A stretch of DNA of 64,000 nt from positions 3,658,001-3,722,000 of the forward strand of contig CP110440.1 in the NCBI GenBank assembly GCA_026914245.1. The letters are read 5' to 3'. The notes below the pieces were generated by a model that searched no databases, was not told where the DNA came from, and saw only the letters and a list, made by a program, of their open reading frames with translations. How positions within the stretch are numbered: the stretch's first letter is position 1; the number at the start of each line of letters is the position of its first letter. The stretch is from Puccinia triticina (Eukaryota). Both the position numbers and the translations under genes were made by a program. This document shows positions 61,839 to 64,000 of the stretch, in pieces.

Positions 61839-63210
61839 TTGTATTTAGTTGGCATGTTTTCTTCTTGTGGCTCTTTTCTCTTTATCTACCAGAATCACCA
61901 ACCATTAAACTCAGTTCTTTATCTCTTGCAGTGAAAAAGATTGTTCAGTTTGTTCCATTCAACTAAAATTTACTTCATTTGAGAAAGACCTGATATGTTA
62001 TTCTCACTCATGGTGTGTTGAAGTATCTAATTATCCCTAAAATTTGTCTATTTCCCCCAAACTAAAATTCTGTGTAGGTAAATGGGAAATTACAAAGTTA
62101 TACGTAGCAAAAGCCTGATATTTATAAGAATTACAATTCTGAGGCACTGGTACATCCAATTCATACCACAGTGCTCCTTTTTCTGTTGGGTGCAATTTTA
62201 ATCTTCATTATATTTCACATTGGAAATGGATCCTTGGTTGCCAGAACATGACAGTGACTAATTTACATGAAAATCATCAAGCATTTTGCTTGAAATGTGC
62301 TGCCATGGAAATTTCCCATTGCTATTTAAATTTCAGAATCAAATCAAATCTGAGAAACTCATTGTGCCAAAAACCTTCTCTCATTTTGTGTTGAAATCAT
62401 AATTAAATCATTGTAATTTTGAGTTTGGGGGTACATTGGGTAGTTTTAACACCAATCAAATAGTTTTTCAGTTTTAATCCAGTCTGTTGAAGATGCTTTC
62501 CTGAATTTATGTTTTGTATGGAGATTTGAAAAAGGAAACTGCCAAAAATTGGTGGTATTTTTTTCTCACTGGGCAATGCAGCAGATTCTGACAGTGTTTC
62601 AGCGATATATCTATTTCAACCAAAATCATTTTTGGTTGAATTGGCCACTTGTGAATTGCGCTCCCAAATAATTGGGATTGAAGTTTGATTGGAGCATTTT
62701 ACACAGCTTCTTTTTTATGGCCTGTTGCACATACTGAATCATTATAAATAAAATTATATGACTGTAGTCTTTATGTATCATCTGAATTTTATTTTTCTCT
62801 TAAATTCTACTTATATTTCAATTGCAGCCAATTTGTGATTCTTGATCAGTTTAGGTTCTAGTTTACTTCGGCAAGAATCTTATAACACTATTGCTATAAG
62901 TTGTGGATCAGCTCAGAAGTAATTCAAGAGTAGCTCCAATTGTGTTTTGGTGGATCCCAGTTGATATCCAAATGAATTCCAGAGGAGTTCTGGAGGATTT
63001 CATGTTGAGTTCCACATGGATTTTGGGTAATTTCTGGAGGATTTTGGCCAAAGTTCCAAATAAGTTCCACAACAGTTCCAGAATTTATCCTCATATTTCA
63101 TACTATGATTACTCAAGGCATCCAGCACAGTTACATAAAAAGGGTATGGTATGGCACTCTCTGGAGAGTGTGTCAAAGTCTCCCCTGGTGAGAGCGAGTA
63201 AAAGGAATAG

Positions 63211-63282
63211 TGCAGACAGGGGGAATCAAACCCGCATCTCCCCGATGCATGCTGGGTTGCTCTACCGTTGAGCTATATCCAC
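63211..63282 (-). pseudogene. tRNA-like sequence (pseudo-tRNA or SINE head)
   Basis: Minus strand reads GTGGATA TA GCTC AACGGTA GAGC...GCGGG TTTGATT CCCCC TGTCTGCA. A box, D arm and a B-box variant are present; the anticodon arm is degenerate. Confidence 0.6.
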
Positions 63283-64000
63283 AGGTGTGAGGTGTACCAA
63301 CATATACTACCTCTACAACCCACAGATTCAATTTATGTTGGATTTTACACCACATAGGACCGGATAACTGAATGACATCTAGGCAAACTGGATAAAGTAA
63401 CTTCCCATTGTTGCCGGGCAGGAGCACTCCCTTATATGGGGCCCCACAGTCCCATGGCTCTGCATGGTACTAAATCACTTGCCAACTTTTTTTACATTTT
63501 CCATGAGGGGAGCTCAGATGGGTGGTTGTGCAAGGATTGTGAGCCTGTGCCTCTTATATGACAGCAGGACACAAGAAATATGGTTGGGTACTGCTTGAAT
63601 TTCTTGGGATAAAGAAATAACAAACAGTAAGAGAGAAAGAGAGAGAAAGAAAGAGATGATCTGAGTTATGATAATCAAGGTTCTTTTGACCTGTAGGTGG
63701 GAACTAACATCCACTAGCAATGCTACTCCTTAAGGGAGTGCTGCCAAGCTGTGCCTGAGATTGCAACAGCCTCTTCTCACAATGGAAATGTGGAAGGTAA
63801 CTAAATTAGACAAGTCTAATCAGCCACATTTTTTAGACTTCTCTGTGGATAGTCAAGGTTCTTTAAAGGGAAACCTATGTGGTTTGTTACTGAAAAAAAC
63901 CACAGAAAAAGAAGGATATGCAATCAGAGGGATCCTTGGGATAAGAGGTCTGGATATATGATTACCTGTGATCAAAAGAGAAGAGAAAATTCAAACAGGG

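Larger units (their letters stand above)
28725..63190 (+). mobile_element. Giant cargo-carrying CACTA/EnSpm (CMC)-type DNA transposon, 34,466 bp including nested retroelements
   Basis: 39-bp TIRs CACCAGGGGAGACTTTGAC(G/A)CACTCTCC(G/A)GAGAGTGCCA (2 mismatches). 3-bp TSD AGA at 28722-28724 and 63191-63193. Subterminal GGAAGT/GGAACT repeats at both ends. Internal Tnp2-type transposase. Confidence 0.88.

Noticed and set aside
28725..63190. Starship (tyrosine-recombinase captain) element
   Set aside because: No DUF3435/YR gene was recognised at either end. The TIRs, 3-bp TSD and Tnp2 transposase indicate CACTA/CMC.
63211..63282. Functional tRNA gene
   Set aside because: The anticodon arm pairs poorly, the T loop is TTTGA rather than TTCGA, and the acceptor stem has several wobble pairs.

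Overview
Eukaryotic, intron-containing, transposon-dense DNA. The gene and TE families point to a rust fungus (Pucciniales, Puccinia-like; this is an inference). Only about 6 kb looks like host gene space: a divergent pair (GGTase-I beta subunit and a Brr6/Brl1-family gene) plus one orphan ORF. The left part holds a complete Mutator-like element (2797-8374, 9-bp TSD) whose ORF joins GCM-like, DDE, USP-type protease-like and AT-hook regions. It also holds a 29-bp hairpin satellite, several MITEs and non-autonomous hATs, and a hAT (22312-27554) with a nested AcademH-like piece. The main result is one giant CACTA/EnSpm-type element at 28725-63190 (34.5 kb, 39-bp CACC TIRs, AGA TSD). It carries a Tnp2-type transposase plus SNF2 ATPase, Kelch, TET/JBP-like dioxygenase and orphan cargo genes, a young nested Ty3 chromovirus and a solo LTR. 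Its gene modules are separated by six copies of a 34-bp palindrome, GTCAC-N4-ATGTACGCGCGTACAT-N4-GTGAC, which keeps its CpGs while the surrounding ORFs are broken by apparent TCG>TTG stops. All family calls come from reading motifs by eye; no database searches were run.
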